A stretch of 57,866 bases of DNA, counting the filler, from Sphacelaria rigidula (Eukaryota): the NCBI GenBank assembly GCA_964200075.2. It is 8 parts of 8 records of this genome, joined end to end, with 100 filler letters (N's around TTAATTAATTAA, not from the genome) between each part and the next. Parts side by side here need not be neighbours in the genome. Positions count along the whole stretch, not along the records: positions 1 to 7,147 come from CAXNAA020016263.1; positions 7,248 to 14,394 come from CAXNAA020016264.1; 6 more parts are not named here. One strand, written 5' to 3'. The position numbers and the translations under genes are program-made. This document shows positions 1 through 12,521 of this stretch, piece after piece. The notes beneath the pieces are model-generated. The model searched no databases and was not told where the DNA came from. It saw only the letters and a list, made by a program, of their open reading frames with translations. Positions within the stretch are counted from its first letter, which is position 1, and every line of letters begins with the position of its first letter.

Positions 1-1464
1 GGTAATGTGAATTAAAAGATGTCAACGGGCAGCAAAATCCTGTGCCTTGACTTTCGCAATACTTTTACTATACTTCTCTCGTCGTCGTTTTACCGACAAA
101 TCTGATCGAGAAAAACAATCAAAAAGTAATGCCGTTACACCAACAGTCGCATCTGCACACAGATTCCGGTCCGAGCACAAACCGTTCGAAACCGTTCTGT
201 GGCGCCATTTGGCGCGAAGAGGACAACAAGTCACCCGGTTGCAAAGAGTCAAATCTCTGCAGCCGTTACCCATCACGCCAGGGCCCACAGCTGTCATTCC
301 ACTTCAGCTGCCTCGTAACACTGTGAGTGAAAAGCTTTTTAAACTACTACCGAATCCGTCCCAAGTCGGATCAGCCAGAGCGCATCAGAGGTACGGCTAC
401 CCCAAGGATACAGTACTTGACTCGCAACTTGTTGTGTTTCTTACGAAACCTCAACGCCTAAGCACCCGATCCTCCCACGCATTATCACGAGATAGGTTGT
501 TCGGAAGCAAGACTGTCATGGAACAGCGTCCAGGGCAACCAGTATGACGACACAGCAAGCATATAAGCATGTACCTGCACAGAGCTGGGTGCGGATTGCG
601 TGTGTGTTTCCCCCCAAAAACATTCCGTCGTAGGATGAGGCAAAGGCACAACAGTAGTGGAAAGGACCAGGATCCAAATCACCGTCCAGCGAGAATTGCG
701 ACTGATGAAGTCACAGCGAACTTGCGGCAAGTAAGTGCAAGGAGCCACGAGGTTCGGGTAAACTAAGCGCGCGTTCATGTGTTTGCGGGGAGATCTGCGC
801 TCATGCGCTAAGCAGGCGACGTATTTTTCACAGTAGTGCAGTTGTGGCAGCTCAACTTCGCGAGTGTGATCAAGTTGAGGTCCTTCAACATAGAACCGCC
901 AAATTAGGGAATATGCCATCGCATTACAGTATGTCGCGACAAACAACGCGTACAAGCTAGACCAGATTTAGGAACGGACCTGTAGGTTGCAGGCCTATTG
1001 TTATGTCGATTTTGAGAGTTGGACTCTCAAATTTGGTACGAACGGACAATCGCTAGGCGATGAAGATACAAGATACTTCCTGGTGATATCATTGTACTTT
1101 TCACCAATTGAGGGCAACAAACAATATCTACTTTTTGCTAAACGCCCCGAAGTCATGGAGCAAAAGGCAAACATCTCAAAGGCCCAAATTAACTCTTCTG
1201 TTATGCCCTAGCGATTCTCCAAACCAAACTTGAAAGTCTAATTCTTGAAATTGAGATGAGAATGGGCGGTATGAAGCCCAGACCAGCCGAAATTCAAGTC
1301 AGGACTTTGCCGGTCTTTTCACAGCCCAGTTTCGATACATGTGGTCTGAATCACCGGGACATGATGAGAAATAGTGGAGACATGTTGATCTCTAGTTGTT
1401 TTCTTGAGTCGAGGACGTCTGAGTGTAGTAAGATCTATTTTCTCACGAGAGCGCCAGTGAGCCA

Positions 1465-1560
1465 GACCGCGAGGGTAGTCCATCTGGACCATGTATACTT
1501 TTTCAGAGTGAAACTGATGCCGATTCAGCGGATGACCTACTCTCGCCGCCTAAGGGTTAA
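1465..1560 (+). mobile_element. Solo copy of the ~100-bp piggyBac-type MITE (family arrayed at 17542-18706)
   Basis: GACCGCGAGGGTAGTCCATCTGG...GATGCCGATTCAG...CTCGCCGCCTAAGGGTTAA matches the array units by eye. Confidence 0.7.
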
Positions 1561-2976
1561 CTCACAAACACAAAAAATGAAGGCCTACTCTTCTTTCGCT
1601 TGCAGTATGACCTTGCGATTCTCCATCATCGATTTCGGAACACATCTTGTGAAGGGGAGCTGACTGACTGAGTCAGGGGCCGAAAACGATTTCGATTCTT
1701 CATGCATACGTCTTGATCTCATGCAGGAGAAAAACAATCCCAAGATCCTTAATATGTGTTGTTGGCGCCCACTGCGATGCTTCATATCAAATTTCAACAC
1801 CCACATCTCAAACTGAGACGTGTTCAGGTGCATTTAGTGCCCCTGCTCGAAATATATCGAGTTGGGTATAGAACTTACGTGCGCCATATTTCTATAGTAG
1901 ATAGATAACGAATCAGGTGAAGGTGAAGGTATCGATCGTTTCCTCGTGCTTGAAGCAATGTTCACACCGAAAATCACCATCTGCTGTACAACATATCGTT
2001 CTGGGCTCAACAAGACTCTAGTGTGGACCCCAACTCCGTGCGGTATAGGAGTTGTTCGACATTGCGCTCAAGGAACTAGAATAAAATGGCCCAGAATGTT
2101 GAGCGGATGGGCACGACCCCCTTAATTAGGAGATTGATAAGGTACGCGGGTCACGGCTCAATCCGACGGCAGCCTGTTTAACAAACCGACGGTTCATCTA
2201 CCGCACGTAGTCCACATGTACCGCTCCAGTATCAAACTTGTCGGCCGCGCTTTCCACTTTATGTTTGGTCGTTATTTCGGCGGCATAGGACTCAAACATG
2301 GCGCTAGGACGGGACTTCGCGGGGCGCGCCCGACTCGGAGAATCACCGAGGCGGAGGTGAGTAGATGCATCCCGTCGCATGTGCGGAACATATCCCACAT
2401 GAACCAACATGCGTTTTCTGACAGCACCAAATTTGTAATCTTCAGCTAGCTTGAGATGCAAAACCATACGACGCCCTCGTCCATCTCGGCTTGTCCTATA
2501 TCGATCGCGATGGCCATACCCGGGTTCAGTATTGTGCGACTTGTACAAGAGATGGTCTAGATCCGCGTCGATTATCAACAACACGAGGTCACGGTTTCAG
2601 TACTTTTCACGCACAACAGCGGACATTTTCCTCTCAAATCCCTCGCTTTGGAGGGCCTACGTTGCATGGGCAGCGAACTAAAAGACATGCATGCGACGCT
2701 TGTTCCGGCGCTATGTATCCGTCCCGTCCCAATCGCCCATGGCGGTACCGCTCTTGAGACCACCATGCCAACCACAAGGTGTTGGGTTCCATAGGCTACG
2801 ATCACGAAAATAGCCATCGTTCCCTCATGCAATACGAATTGTCCGCGTTGAATGACAAAGCGAGGTGTTTATCTAGTTTTGGGTTTTCCCGTCCATGTTG
2901 ACGATCTCCCTTGCTTTCGTGCGCGAATCGTTTCTCTTCGCACTGTTGCTGCCGCACTCCCCCAACACCCAATCAG

Positions 2977-3205
2977 GTCTCAAATACCACGGCATACTGC
3001 AACTCCATAGGCTGTCCCAACACGTACGTGCCGATCGCCGACGCGCACACCGTGGAGTGCGTGGGCGGTGAGTGCAAGGTGGAGCAGTGCTGTTCGTTGT
3101 TTTTCTCGAGCTTCGGGTGTGCAGCCGGCACCAATCCTATCCCCTACGCCGACACGACCTCGCGCGAGAACGGAGTCTGCACCCAGGAAGCGTGCTGCGA
3201 TGCTG
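2977..3205 (+). CDS. Internal exon of a Cys-rich repeat protein, probably extracellular
   Basis: CAG acceptor at 2974-2976 and GTGAG donor at 3206. Encodes two modules: YCNSIGCPNTYVPIADAHTVECVGGECKVEQCC and FFSSFGCAAGTNPIPYADTTSRENGVCTQEACC. Ends in phase 1, matching the next exon. Confidence 0.75.
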
Positions 3206-4225
3206 GTGAGTGGAAGTGGGGAGATACTCCGGACTACGATGACGTGTGACAAACCTTTCCCTACCACGTGATCCTTACATCGTGTATCTTAATCTGTCTA
3301 GTATTACAGATAACAGCCGGACATCCACGTACCACTGAAGCCATGCTATTTGGTCGAAGCACATGTACACTATCTGGTTGAGCCACATGGAGGTACAGCT
3401 TTTCACAACATACACGCATAGATCGGCCTGCGGTGATCGAACTTATTCATCCTGAAATCGGAGTAGGGGATTCGATTCTCAGCCGCCTTCAATTTCTTCG
3501 CGCCTCTTTTTGCTCAGGAGCATTTGGTTCCGGTTATTGATAGCGTGAAGATATGAATACGGCGATAGAGTGCTCATCTAGTCGAGGGTACTCTGCCTAA
3601 ATATCAGGCATGTACCGGGGGAGACATGGGTTGATTTCTTCGACACTCTGATCTCGTCCCGAGGAGGTAGACGGGTCATCATTTTGACGAAACGACTTCA
3701 TGCTGTCGTGCCGAGCGACCGGTGCCAACAATTGAGTAGGTCGGCCATGGAGCGTCAGTTTTTGCCCCATCTACTGTAGTAGTAAGAAGGAGGAGAACGG
3801 TACCACGGCTATGATCAGGGTGCCTAGAGTATCGGCGCCGGAAATATCACCGAGTATCCCGCACGACGTTTAGCTTTGACTCGTCCAAACTACGTGTCCT
3901 GGACCATCTCGGGTACTGACTCATCATCCACAGAAGCGAATATCCCAGCGTATCTGGACTGATCACTGAAGAAAGATGTGAAGTATCGACACCCCAGGTT
4001 TTCCATTCTTGTCTAAACTCTACTCTGTCTGGCACAAATCAGGAGTTTCATAGACAGGTTTCCGCCAACATGCAGCTCAGCAAACGAACACGGCAGAGAA
4101 TGCCCCCCTTTTCTTGTACTCGACAACAGATAGCATTGTACATCTCAGTACACATGCAGCAGCTGAATACACTCGATCATCCCACTCTCCCCGCACCCTC
4201 CGCCGCAACGTATCTTCCCCTACAG

Positions 4226-4653
4226 GCCAACCCCAAGCGCAACATAGCAGCTGCATGTCCTACGTGTGCCCCGCAGGCTTCGCCATCATAGACAATGCCG
4301 CGGACAAGGACTGCAAGCACGACCCCAACGACGAAACGGTACCGTCCGTGCCAGCCCCCGGGCCCGGATCCGATGGAGACGACGGCATCTACTCCTACGG
4401 CTACGACGACGAGTCCTCTTCCTTCAAAGACTCCTTCGATGAGAACTTCCCTTATGACTTGTCGTATGACCTGTCGGACGACTACGAGTGGGACTCTAAT
4501 GACGTGGCCAGCAGCGGCGACGGGCGCCGCATGCTAAGATCTCCTGTTGGCAGGGGGGCGGGAAGCACTTACAAGTTTGTGAGCTGGTGGAGCACGAGCT
4601 CGAGCGTGGAGGAAGCGTTGTGCAGTGTGGAGACATGTTGTCGCGAGATCTAA
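4226..4653 (+). CDS. Last coding exon of the same Cys-rich repeat protein, with an acidic insert
   Basis: Pyrimidine tract plus CAG acceptor at 4223-4225, phase 1. Encodes CMSYVCPAGFAIIDNAADKDC...LCSVETCCREI then TAA. Confidence 0.7.
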
Positions 4654-6454
4654 CGTGAGTACCGTTGGTCAGCGTTTGTGGGCACATTTCGTTTGTTAAG
4701 TCATGTCTGTCTGGTACGATATCTGCCTTCCGTCATGGCACTAGTCACTTGCATGGAATGTTCCCTATGGAGTTGATGGAAGTGTTGGTTGTACGGTTGC
4801 ATTTCCCACCTGAGCGGTTTCCATAAATGTGATTTGTTCAACAGCTACCACGGTCGCGGCGACGAGCCCCTGACATACCTGTGTTTACTTCATTTTTGCG
4901 CGTCGCGCGTTGCCTCCCTTGCAGGTGTTCTGTGGGGGGTGGGGTAGAACTGACGACGCCATCGCCATCGCCATCACCACAGTGCCTCGGCTATCGTGTG
5001 TAGCCCTCGGTCAGGGACTTGGAGTTAGCTACACTGAAGTAGTTGTGACTGAAGGATGAGCACAGTAACATGATGGGGCGTGTAGTGTGGATTTCAGCTT
5101 CTGCCTCCAGCGAACCTTGGTTCAATCTGGGGGCAAGACGTAAGGAGGGGGGGCGAGGCACGGTACGCCTAGGATGGAACATGGTCCTTAGATTAGTCGA
5201 CTAGGCATCAGGTAACGTGAACTTAAGCAGGCGTGTTTCTTGTTTTTGCTGGAAGCGAACCTTGGCTCGCTTCTCGAACAAACGATTGGGGCATGATGAA
5301 GTGTTTATCCTTCGCTTAGACTCGTGTTATAAAGCAGGAGTGTCGTGGGCTTTAGTTATCTTATTCCCTGCCCCATGTTATTCTCTGCCATATGCCTCCG
5401 CCGATGTTTTGTTTCCCGTTTGACATGGGCAGATAGGTATGTCAATAGAGAGCTTGTTTTGCACGTAGTGGGTCGATGTTGAGACCTTGTGCTGTTTGGT
5501 GCAGAAAAAGGACGCGATACCATTTTTAATGTGTGGAAGTTGGGCTCCTGACTACGTAAACGCGGAGACGACGTGGTTCTTCCGCGCCTTCCGTGCGGTA
5601 TAGTACCGCGTGTGTGTTGTGCACGTGAAACTGTTGTGTGTGTGTGTGTGTGTCTGCGTATGTGTGTGTCGATGCTGTTATACGTGTGGCGGATAGAGCT
5701 CCCTCGTGCGTGTCGCCACTTGTTGGCTGGGAGTGTATATGTTGTGGAACCATTTTTTCGAGAGATGGCTAGATGCGGGATGGTTTGCGGTTGCTGTCAT
5801 CTCGGACGCTATGGCGCTATACCAGTTGCAAGAAGCATGTCGTTGAGCACGTCAAACACTGTATAGCGGGTGGAATGATGCCCTGATGAAAGTGATGCGG
5901 AAGAAAACACGGGAAACCATGTGCGGAATGAATGCTGTTGTTGTGATTCTGGACGGTCCGGTCGCGAATTGTTTGTAATGGTGTTCTGTGAGCATCATGT
6001 ACTGAGAAAATACCACGCTTGGTTCGACTGCGATCGTTGAGCTAGCTGCATTCTGGACACATGACTTGTCCACGGTTTGCGGAAGGCATACGAATCGGCG
6101 AAGAGGAGGAGAGGGAGCACAAAACGCGGTGGGTATTGATTGAGGTGCTGGCGTAGTTGTGGCCGTATCTGCACATAAATGACACTGGAGGGGGCGAAAT
6201 GGATTGCCTTCACCCTGACTTCGCTGTTACTGGGCTAAATGAGTCGACGATGAGTAGACGAGGAACAAAGGCGAACCAAGTCGATAGGCCTCTTGTTACT
6301 ACACCGCCTTCTCTTTTGACAGTGCATGCGCTGTGTGTCCTCAAACGTACCTGCAACTTTCTATGGCCTCTCTGCAAAGAGTTGCATCATGCTCTCGACA
6401 CTCATTCTCATCCGATCCCGGAAGTTTGCATGGTAGTGCCCCTGTCCCTTCCTA

Positions 6455-6775
6455 CGTACCGCGCTGGTGAGGCACCCATGCAGTATATAAGCCGTGGCTG
6501 TCTCTGGAAGTGGCGATACCACACAATAAAGCAACTCATTGTATGCTGTCATCCGTACGCAAAATAATCAATAGGCTTCGGGCCCAACAATCTTGGCAGG
6601 ATGCAGCTCACCCTTTATTCGACTCGCCGAACACACTTCGTCGCTTCGCTTAGTGACTGATTGCGAGCCTGGTCCGGCGAGAATCTGGTGTCCTCCGTCC
6701 TGACTTTGTAGGGATGCGAGGTCAATGGTCGTTTTATGACTATGGCATGCATGATCACGAGTACACCCTACCTAC
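6455..6775. repeat. Partial copy of the abundant TIR family containing GGATGCGAGGTCAATGGTC
   Basis: Closely similar to 7260-7555; boundaries approximate. Confidence 0.65.
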
Positions 6776-7147
6776 CGCGGACTACCGCGCAAATTCGAGC
6801 GGATGGTTCCAAGCACACATACACAACCTTGAAATTCTCAAAGGCTGTTCGTGTGATGAACCGTCCAACAGGTGCTCCATCACTGTCAGTAACATGATGT
6901 ATGCCCAACCTAAACCACAGTCCGCCTCGGGTTTGTTGAACGGCAGTACTTGTGGGCGCCAAGGGAGCATTCAATGGTAGCTTCGCAACCATTTTCCGAG
7001 CCAACAGGCCCATGCTGAGTCGTCGTTGGTTTGTGCCGTATCCTCTGCTACATGCGTAGAGGCAGCATTCAAACGTGTGTATTCTTGCGTAGAGGCAGTG
7101 TCATGATTTTCACCTGCTTTGAGACATGGTTTTTGCGGTTTCTCAAT

Positions 7148-7247
7148 NNNNNNNNNNNNNNNNNNNNNNNNNNNNNNNNNNNNNNNNNNNNTTAATTAAT
7201 TAANNNNNNNNNNNNNNNNNNNNNNNNNNNNNNNNNNNNNNNNNNNN
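7148..7247. other. Artificial 100-bp contig spacer
   Basis: N-run, TTAATTAATTAA, N-run; exactly 100 bp. Confidence 0.97.
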
Positions 7248-7558
7248 CTCCCCGGCTTCGCACCCATGAGGCAGTGTATAAGCCGTTGCTGTCTCTGGAA
7301 GTGGCGATATCAGATAATAAAGCAACTCATCAGAGGCTGCCATCCAAATTCAAGATAATCAGTAGGCTTCGGGCCGAACAATCATGCAGCTTACCCTTCA
7401 TTCGACTCGCCAAACACACCACGGCGCTTCGCGCTTGGTGGTTTGAGTGCGAGCCTGGTCCGGCGAAAACCCGGCGTGCTCCGTCCCGGCTTTGTAGGGA
7501 TGCGAGGTCAATGGTCTTATGACTATGGCATGCATGATCATGAGTACACCCCCTCCCC
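7248..7558. repeat. Partial copy of the GGATGCGAGGTCAATGGTC family, abutting the truncated copia integrase
   Basis: Similar to 6455-6775, 36232-36310, 38140-38260 and 43290-43376. Confidence 0.65.
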
Positions 7559-9248
7559 GGCTTCGCGGCGGTCGGCCGTGGTGTGCAGGTGGTTTCGAGG
7601 GGTGCCAGAGAACAGTTGAGCGCAGAACCACGGATCTGGTGGTGAGGTCCCGCACCCGGTATGTCTGCGATGGGCGATCCATCGCAGTGCCCAGCAGGGT
7701 GCACTTGTTTCCGTGCGGGTTCAGCTTGTGTGGCGGATTGTCCCGGCGTAAGTAGCCGACGGTACCGAACGGAAGAATCCCGGTGGAGGAAAGTTTCTGG
7801 CCAAACCAGAGCTCGTAGGGCGTGAGTCTGCGGCCCAGTGGCGATGTGACGCTCTTGTTGTTCTTGTCGCAAGTGTATTGCATGGCTCCGGCCCAGAGGC
7901 GATCGGATTTCCCTTCCTTGAGGCTGCAAAGCAGAGCGGCAGTTTTATTGCGCAGTAGTCCGAGAGCTCGCTCGGCGGCCCCGTTGTGCTGTGGAGTGTG
8001 AGGTGGCGTACCCACGCACATGATCCCCAGCTTGTTGAGGAGGTCTTGAAACTTTCCCTTTAAGTCACCTCCACCATCAGTACGGATGATGCCGACCTTG
8101 ATGCCAGCAAGGGTGATGTGCGTGGCGAGGATGTCTTCAAGTGCCGCAATGGTGCCGTCCTGCTTCTTCAGAAACCGTATGATCTTTAAACGGTTGTAGT
8201 CGTCGACACACAGCATTGCGTAGCGACTACCGCAAAAAGATGTGTCCGCAAAGGGTTCGGCGAGGTCGATGACGAATCGCCCAGCGCGCGTATCAGCGCA
8301 CGTGTCTCTGATCGTCGGCACAGCAAAGCGTCGAACTCGTGATTCGGAGCATGGGGTACATGGTCGCCACTCGCCTGTCAGCTGCATGCCGGCCATCTTC
8401 GCAGTCTCGCGCGTGATCTCCTCGCTGGGATGTCCGAGTATCTCGTGGAGAACCGTGATGTCTTGGGTGTCCGGCTTCGAACCGGGCTTCCTGCCATGCA
8501 TCGCTTGGTCGTTTGGCGTTGGCGTGTTGTTGCGTTCCGGCGTGGCAGGGCGGCGTCGAGTCTTGATCTCGTGAAGCTCGCTCTCGTGGTGGAGCCTTCG
8601 AAACGTGATTGACCTTGGTCCCTGCAGTGCTTTGATGGTGCTGACTGCAAAGTACATTTCGAGGGGGCGCGTGAAGTGACTTGGACTGTTTGGCACCGAA
8701 AGCAGGTTATTGTTTTCCAGTTGAGGCACATGCGCCACGCGCTGTAGCTTGAGGTCCTCCGTGGTTCCAGTGAAATTGCCAGTGTCGTGGTCAACTTCGA
8801 GGTGTAGCCGGCCGTATCCGGCGATGGGAAAGCATTTTTCGTCGGCGGTCTCCACGCGGTCGTCCGTTGAGGTCGTGTGGTTGTCGCGTAGATTAGCGGC
8901 GCTTGACGTCATGTGCTCCGTTGCTCCGCTATCGGCTACCCAGAACTCGCCGTCTCGATTCTTCTTGGCGATGAGTCCGCCAGTTGTGGAAGCCTTGGCC
9001 AGCAGCCCGTCGCCGAGGGCGCCTGTCGAGTCCGCAGTCGCCATCATGCCTTGCTGACAAACTTTCGCGCTTGCATTCTTGGGGCGATTCGGACAGTCGC
9101 AAGTCCTGAGTGGCCCTTCGCAGTAAAACCATCCCGAGTTGGGTGTCTTGAGGTCTTCAGCGTTGTTCCGTCTTGTGGTACTGCCCTCCCAGCGGTTGCA
9201 GCTTCGTCCTCGGCCTCGGGTTCGGATGACCGCTGAAATTTGCGGCAA
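7559..9248 (-). pseudogene. Copia pol fragment: aspartic protease, GAG-pre-integrase, integrase core, SH3
   Basis: Part of ORF 7398..9248 carrying the motifs above; the reading frame runs out into an unrelated repeat near 7558. Confidence 0.88.
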
Positions 9249-9651
9249 GATGTTGCTTCGTGCCTGGGCTTGTAGCAGAGGACGCAGAAGGAAGCAGATC
9301 TGTCGCTACCCGCCTCAGTAGTTATGAGTGCATGTGAGCCCGCAGTAGTCTTTTCTCTCTTGACACGCTCGTACTGGTGGTTGAGGATCATGCGTTCGAT
9401 CCGATCTCGATCAGGCCAGTTGGCTAAATTTCGAGCATTCCAGCCTCCGTGACGTACTGGCTTGTCAGCCCCGATATGATTACAACGTCGATATCTTTTT
9501 CGTCGATGGACGTTCCGACGCGTTCAAGTTTTCGAACGAGGCGATCGACTCTAAGAAGGCACTTTCGAGGGTGTTCCCTGAGATCATGATAGGATTATTT
9601 CGTTCTGTATACCCACTTACGTGTGTGGTAGTGTCCCACCAGTCGTCGCTG

Positions 9652-9756
9652 CACGGGTGGCCACTGGGGCGCCTGCAACCTCAAATTTGGACCTACGTTG
9701 CACAAGGTCTGTAACGTCTAAATTTGAGGTTACAGGCACCCCAGTAGCCACCCGTG
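9652..9756. mobile_element. 105-bp MITE inserted in copia gag
   Basis: TIR CACGGGTGGCCACTGGGG...CCCCAGTAGCCACCCGTG with arms of ~38 bp; second copy at 56679-56792. Confidence 0.8.
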
Positions 9757-10276
9757 CGGGCTTGGCTGGGAGAAACAGAGGAGCGTCCAATCTCACGGGC
9801 GATTCCCTCACAGTTACTGATGAAGGAAACCCACACCCGGTTGGCGTTCCTTAGGGAGTCTGGGTCGATGCAGTTGCTGTCGAGCTCCTCCTGTTCCACT
9901 TTCGCTTCTTCGTCGCTGGTGGCACTAAGCACATCGATGCATCCCAGCGCCATCAAGTGGGTCCGGTGTTCTTGGGACCAGCCGTTCCAATCTTCAGGTT
10001 CCACCAAGATTTTTCTGGTAACTCGATCTTGGCGTTGGTCTGTCGTGTGTCCGCTGGTACGGACCCAGGCAATAGGAGCTGCTGCTGCTGCTGCTGCTGC
10101 TGCTGCTACTGGTGCTGGTGGATTCTGTCCATCCGCGCTTTTTGCTGCTGTTGCCCCTGGACTTGTTGCAGCACCTGTTGAAACTGCTGTTCCCGTCGCA
10201 TCATCGCTTTTATATCAGTCTTAAAGTTTGACAGGTTGCCTTCTCCCGATTGCGCAGCGCCTAACGAACGCGTTTA

Positions 10277-10716
10277 ACACGGGATCTTACAAATTGGGGG
10301 TGCATCTTTCATTGGGAATGAGAAACCCGGAGAATTAAAACCTTCGTGTCCACACCAAATCTTCGAAATGTGGTTCCATTTCTTTGACTACTGATATTTT
10401 TGACAACTGCTACACGCCATAGAAGCTTGGATTTCGATCACCAAAATGGTGGGATCTTAGGTGAAAACCAATTTGTGGGAATTCCGGGTGTCCGAACGGA
10501 CGCCAAAATGGTTCCGAAACTGGTTTTTCACCTGGAACCCCATCATTTTGGTGATCGAAATCCAAATTTCTATGGCGTGTAGTAGTTGTCAATAACTATC
10601 AGTAGGTGAAGAAGCGGAACCATATTTCGAAGATTTGGTGTGGATACGAAGGTTTTAATTCTGCGGGTTTCTCATCCCCAATGAAAGATCCATCCCCAAT
10701 TTGTAAGATCCCGTGT
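10277..10716. mobile_element. ~440-bp foldback MITE, copy 1, inserted in the copia leader
   Basis: Nearly the whole element is an imperfect palindrome: ACACGGGATCTTACAAATTGGGG...CCCCAATTTGTAAGATCCCGTGT. Confidence 0.88.
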
Positions 10717-10958
10717 AGTTTCCATCTCTGTCGATTTTCGCAAAACCCCGAAGAGCTAGTGACTGCCACCGTCGGTAGTAGACGTTATAACGCGTTAAAG
10801 TAAAGTAACTCGATGAGGTTCACGGATGTGAACATGACTTCCCAGTTCCAGACGCTGCAACAATTTTATAGCTCAGACAGCAGTCGAGCGTGTCTCGATG
10901 ATGCAGGTGATTGAAAACGTCTTATTATTGTCGAAGAACCGTGATGGTCCATAGTCAC

Positions 10959-11276
10959 TGTCAATAACTCACTTACGCAATGAGGTATACTCGGCGCTCT
11001 ATGCTCCACCGAGGAGTAGACGTGCACAGCAGTAAGTTAGCTGTCAGAAGGGAGTATGAAAGAAGTGAGCAAAAGAGGGGGCTGGCTTGCTTGCGTCGCT
11101 CTTCGTATCGCTTGACGTCTAGAAAGTCCCTAGGGAAATTACCCGTGCTAATCACCGGCTCGCTAGGGAAATCTGTGGGAAATCATCCGCCTTTCTCGAA
11201 GTCTCTTCTCGACAAACTCTCATTCCTGGAACATTCCCCACAACTTGTGCCTACTGGTGAATCTACCTAATTGACA
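10959..11276 (-). repeat. Probable 5' LTR of the copia element
   Basis: Bounded by the inverted termini TGTCAA...TTGACA (318 bp), upstream of gag. Followed on the minus strand by GTGACTATGGACC, resembling the GGTTATGGGCCC half-tRNA-iMet PBS. No second LTR is available for confirmation. Confidence 0.65.
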
Positions 11277-11314
11277 GAGTACAGGGTATACTAGATATTC
11301 CTTAACAGCTACCA

Positions 11315-11740
11315 ACACGTGACTTTACAAATTGGGGATGGATTTCTTGGGGGGGATGAGAATCAGGAGAAATAAAATCTTCGTATCCACACCAAATCTT
11401 CAAAAAATCTTTCATTTTGTCACTTGCTGGTAGTTTTTGAAAACTATTACACGCCATATAAATTTGGATTCCGATAACCGAAATGTTGGGATCCCAGGTC
11501 AAAACCAAATTTGGGGAGTATTGGGTGCCCGATCGGACGCCAAAAATGGTTTTCAACCTAGAACCTCAGCATTTTGGTTATTGATATCCGAATTTAAATG
11601 ACGTGCAGTAGTTGTCAATAACTACCAAGAAGTGAAAAAATGGAGCCATATTTCGAAATTTTGGTGTGGATATGAAGATTTCAATTCTCCGGGTTTTCAT
11701 CCCCAATGGAAAATCCATGCCCAATTTGTAAAATCACGTT
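11315..11740. mobile_element. ~430-bp foldback MITE, copy 2
   Basis: ACACGTGACTTTACAAATTGGGG...CCCAATTTGTAAAATCACGT; same internal motifs as copy 1. Confidence 0.85.
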
Positions 11741-12093
11741 TACTACAGAAAGCATATTGGACCCTGTGGAGCAGCATCTCGGAGCTGAAATGATTCATTC
11801 ACTAATTGATCGCTCTCCGCTCTCAATCGAATCCTCTACTCAATGTCACGAAAACATTCTTATGTATGAAACTGTGCAGCAGTCATCCAAGTATTCTGCA
11901 AATCACCACATGTATGAAATTGTGCAGCACCCAGCCAAAATATTCAGATGCAACGTGGATATTAATTGAGGATATAATATTAAGGGCCGTTATTATCGAC
12001 ACACCTTTTGGGGAGGTCATCATTTTTTTGGCATTTTCGCACCTGGCGCTTGGCGTTCTCCGAAAATGGAGCGGCTAGATATTTTCGCCAAGA

Positions 12094-12521
12094 ACACGGG
12101 ATTTGAAAAATTGGGGATGGATCTTTTATTGTGGATGAGAACTCGGAGAATTAAAATCCTCGTATCCACATCAAATCTTTGAAGTATGCTTCCATTCTTT
12201 TACCTACTGGTAGCTATTGACAAAGACTACACGCCATACGAATTTAGACTCCGATAAGCGAAATATCGGGGGCCTAGGTGAAAAAATAATTTTGGCGTCC
12301 GATCGGACACCTACAATCCCCAAAATTGGCTTTTCACCTAGGACCCCGACATTTCAGTTATCGAAATCCAAACTTGTATGGCGTGTAGTAGTTGTCAGTA
12401 GCTACCGTCATTTGAAGAAATGGAAGCATACGTCGGAGATTTGGTGTGGATACGAAGATTTTGATTCTCCGGGTTTTGATCCCCGATAAAAAATCCATCC
12501 CCAATTTGTAAAATCCCGTGT
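12094..12521. mobile_element. ~430-bp foldback MITE, copy 3
   Basis: ACACGGGATTTGAAAAATTGGGG...CCCCAATTTGTAAAATCCCGTGT. Confidence 0.85.

Larger units (their letters stand above)
7559..11276 (-). mobile_element. Degenerate Ty1/copia LTR retrotransposon (5' LTR, gag, protease, integrase; RT/RNase H absent from the contig)
   Basis: Domain order is gag, PR, IN. Gag knuckle CVLCYKPRHEATSC; protease VADSGATEHM; HHCC motif LHEILGH...CTPC; integrase core CVDDYNR / IRTDGGG / QHNGAAER; SH3-like PFGTVGY...KCTLLG. Frameshifted and interrupted by two MITEs. Confidence 0.93.

Noticed and set aside
2198-2832. GC-rich minus-strand ORFs in contig 1
   Set aside because: No recognisable motif or consistent splice pattern; possibly a decayed element, but unsupported.
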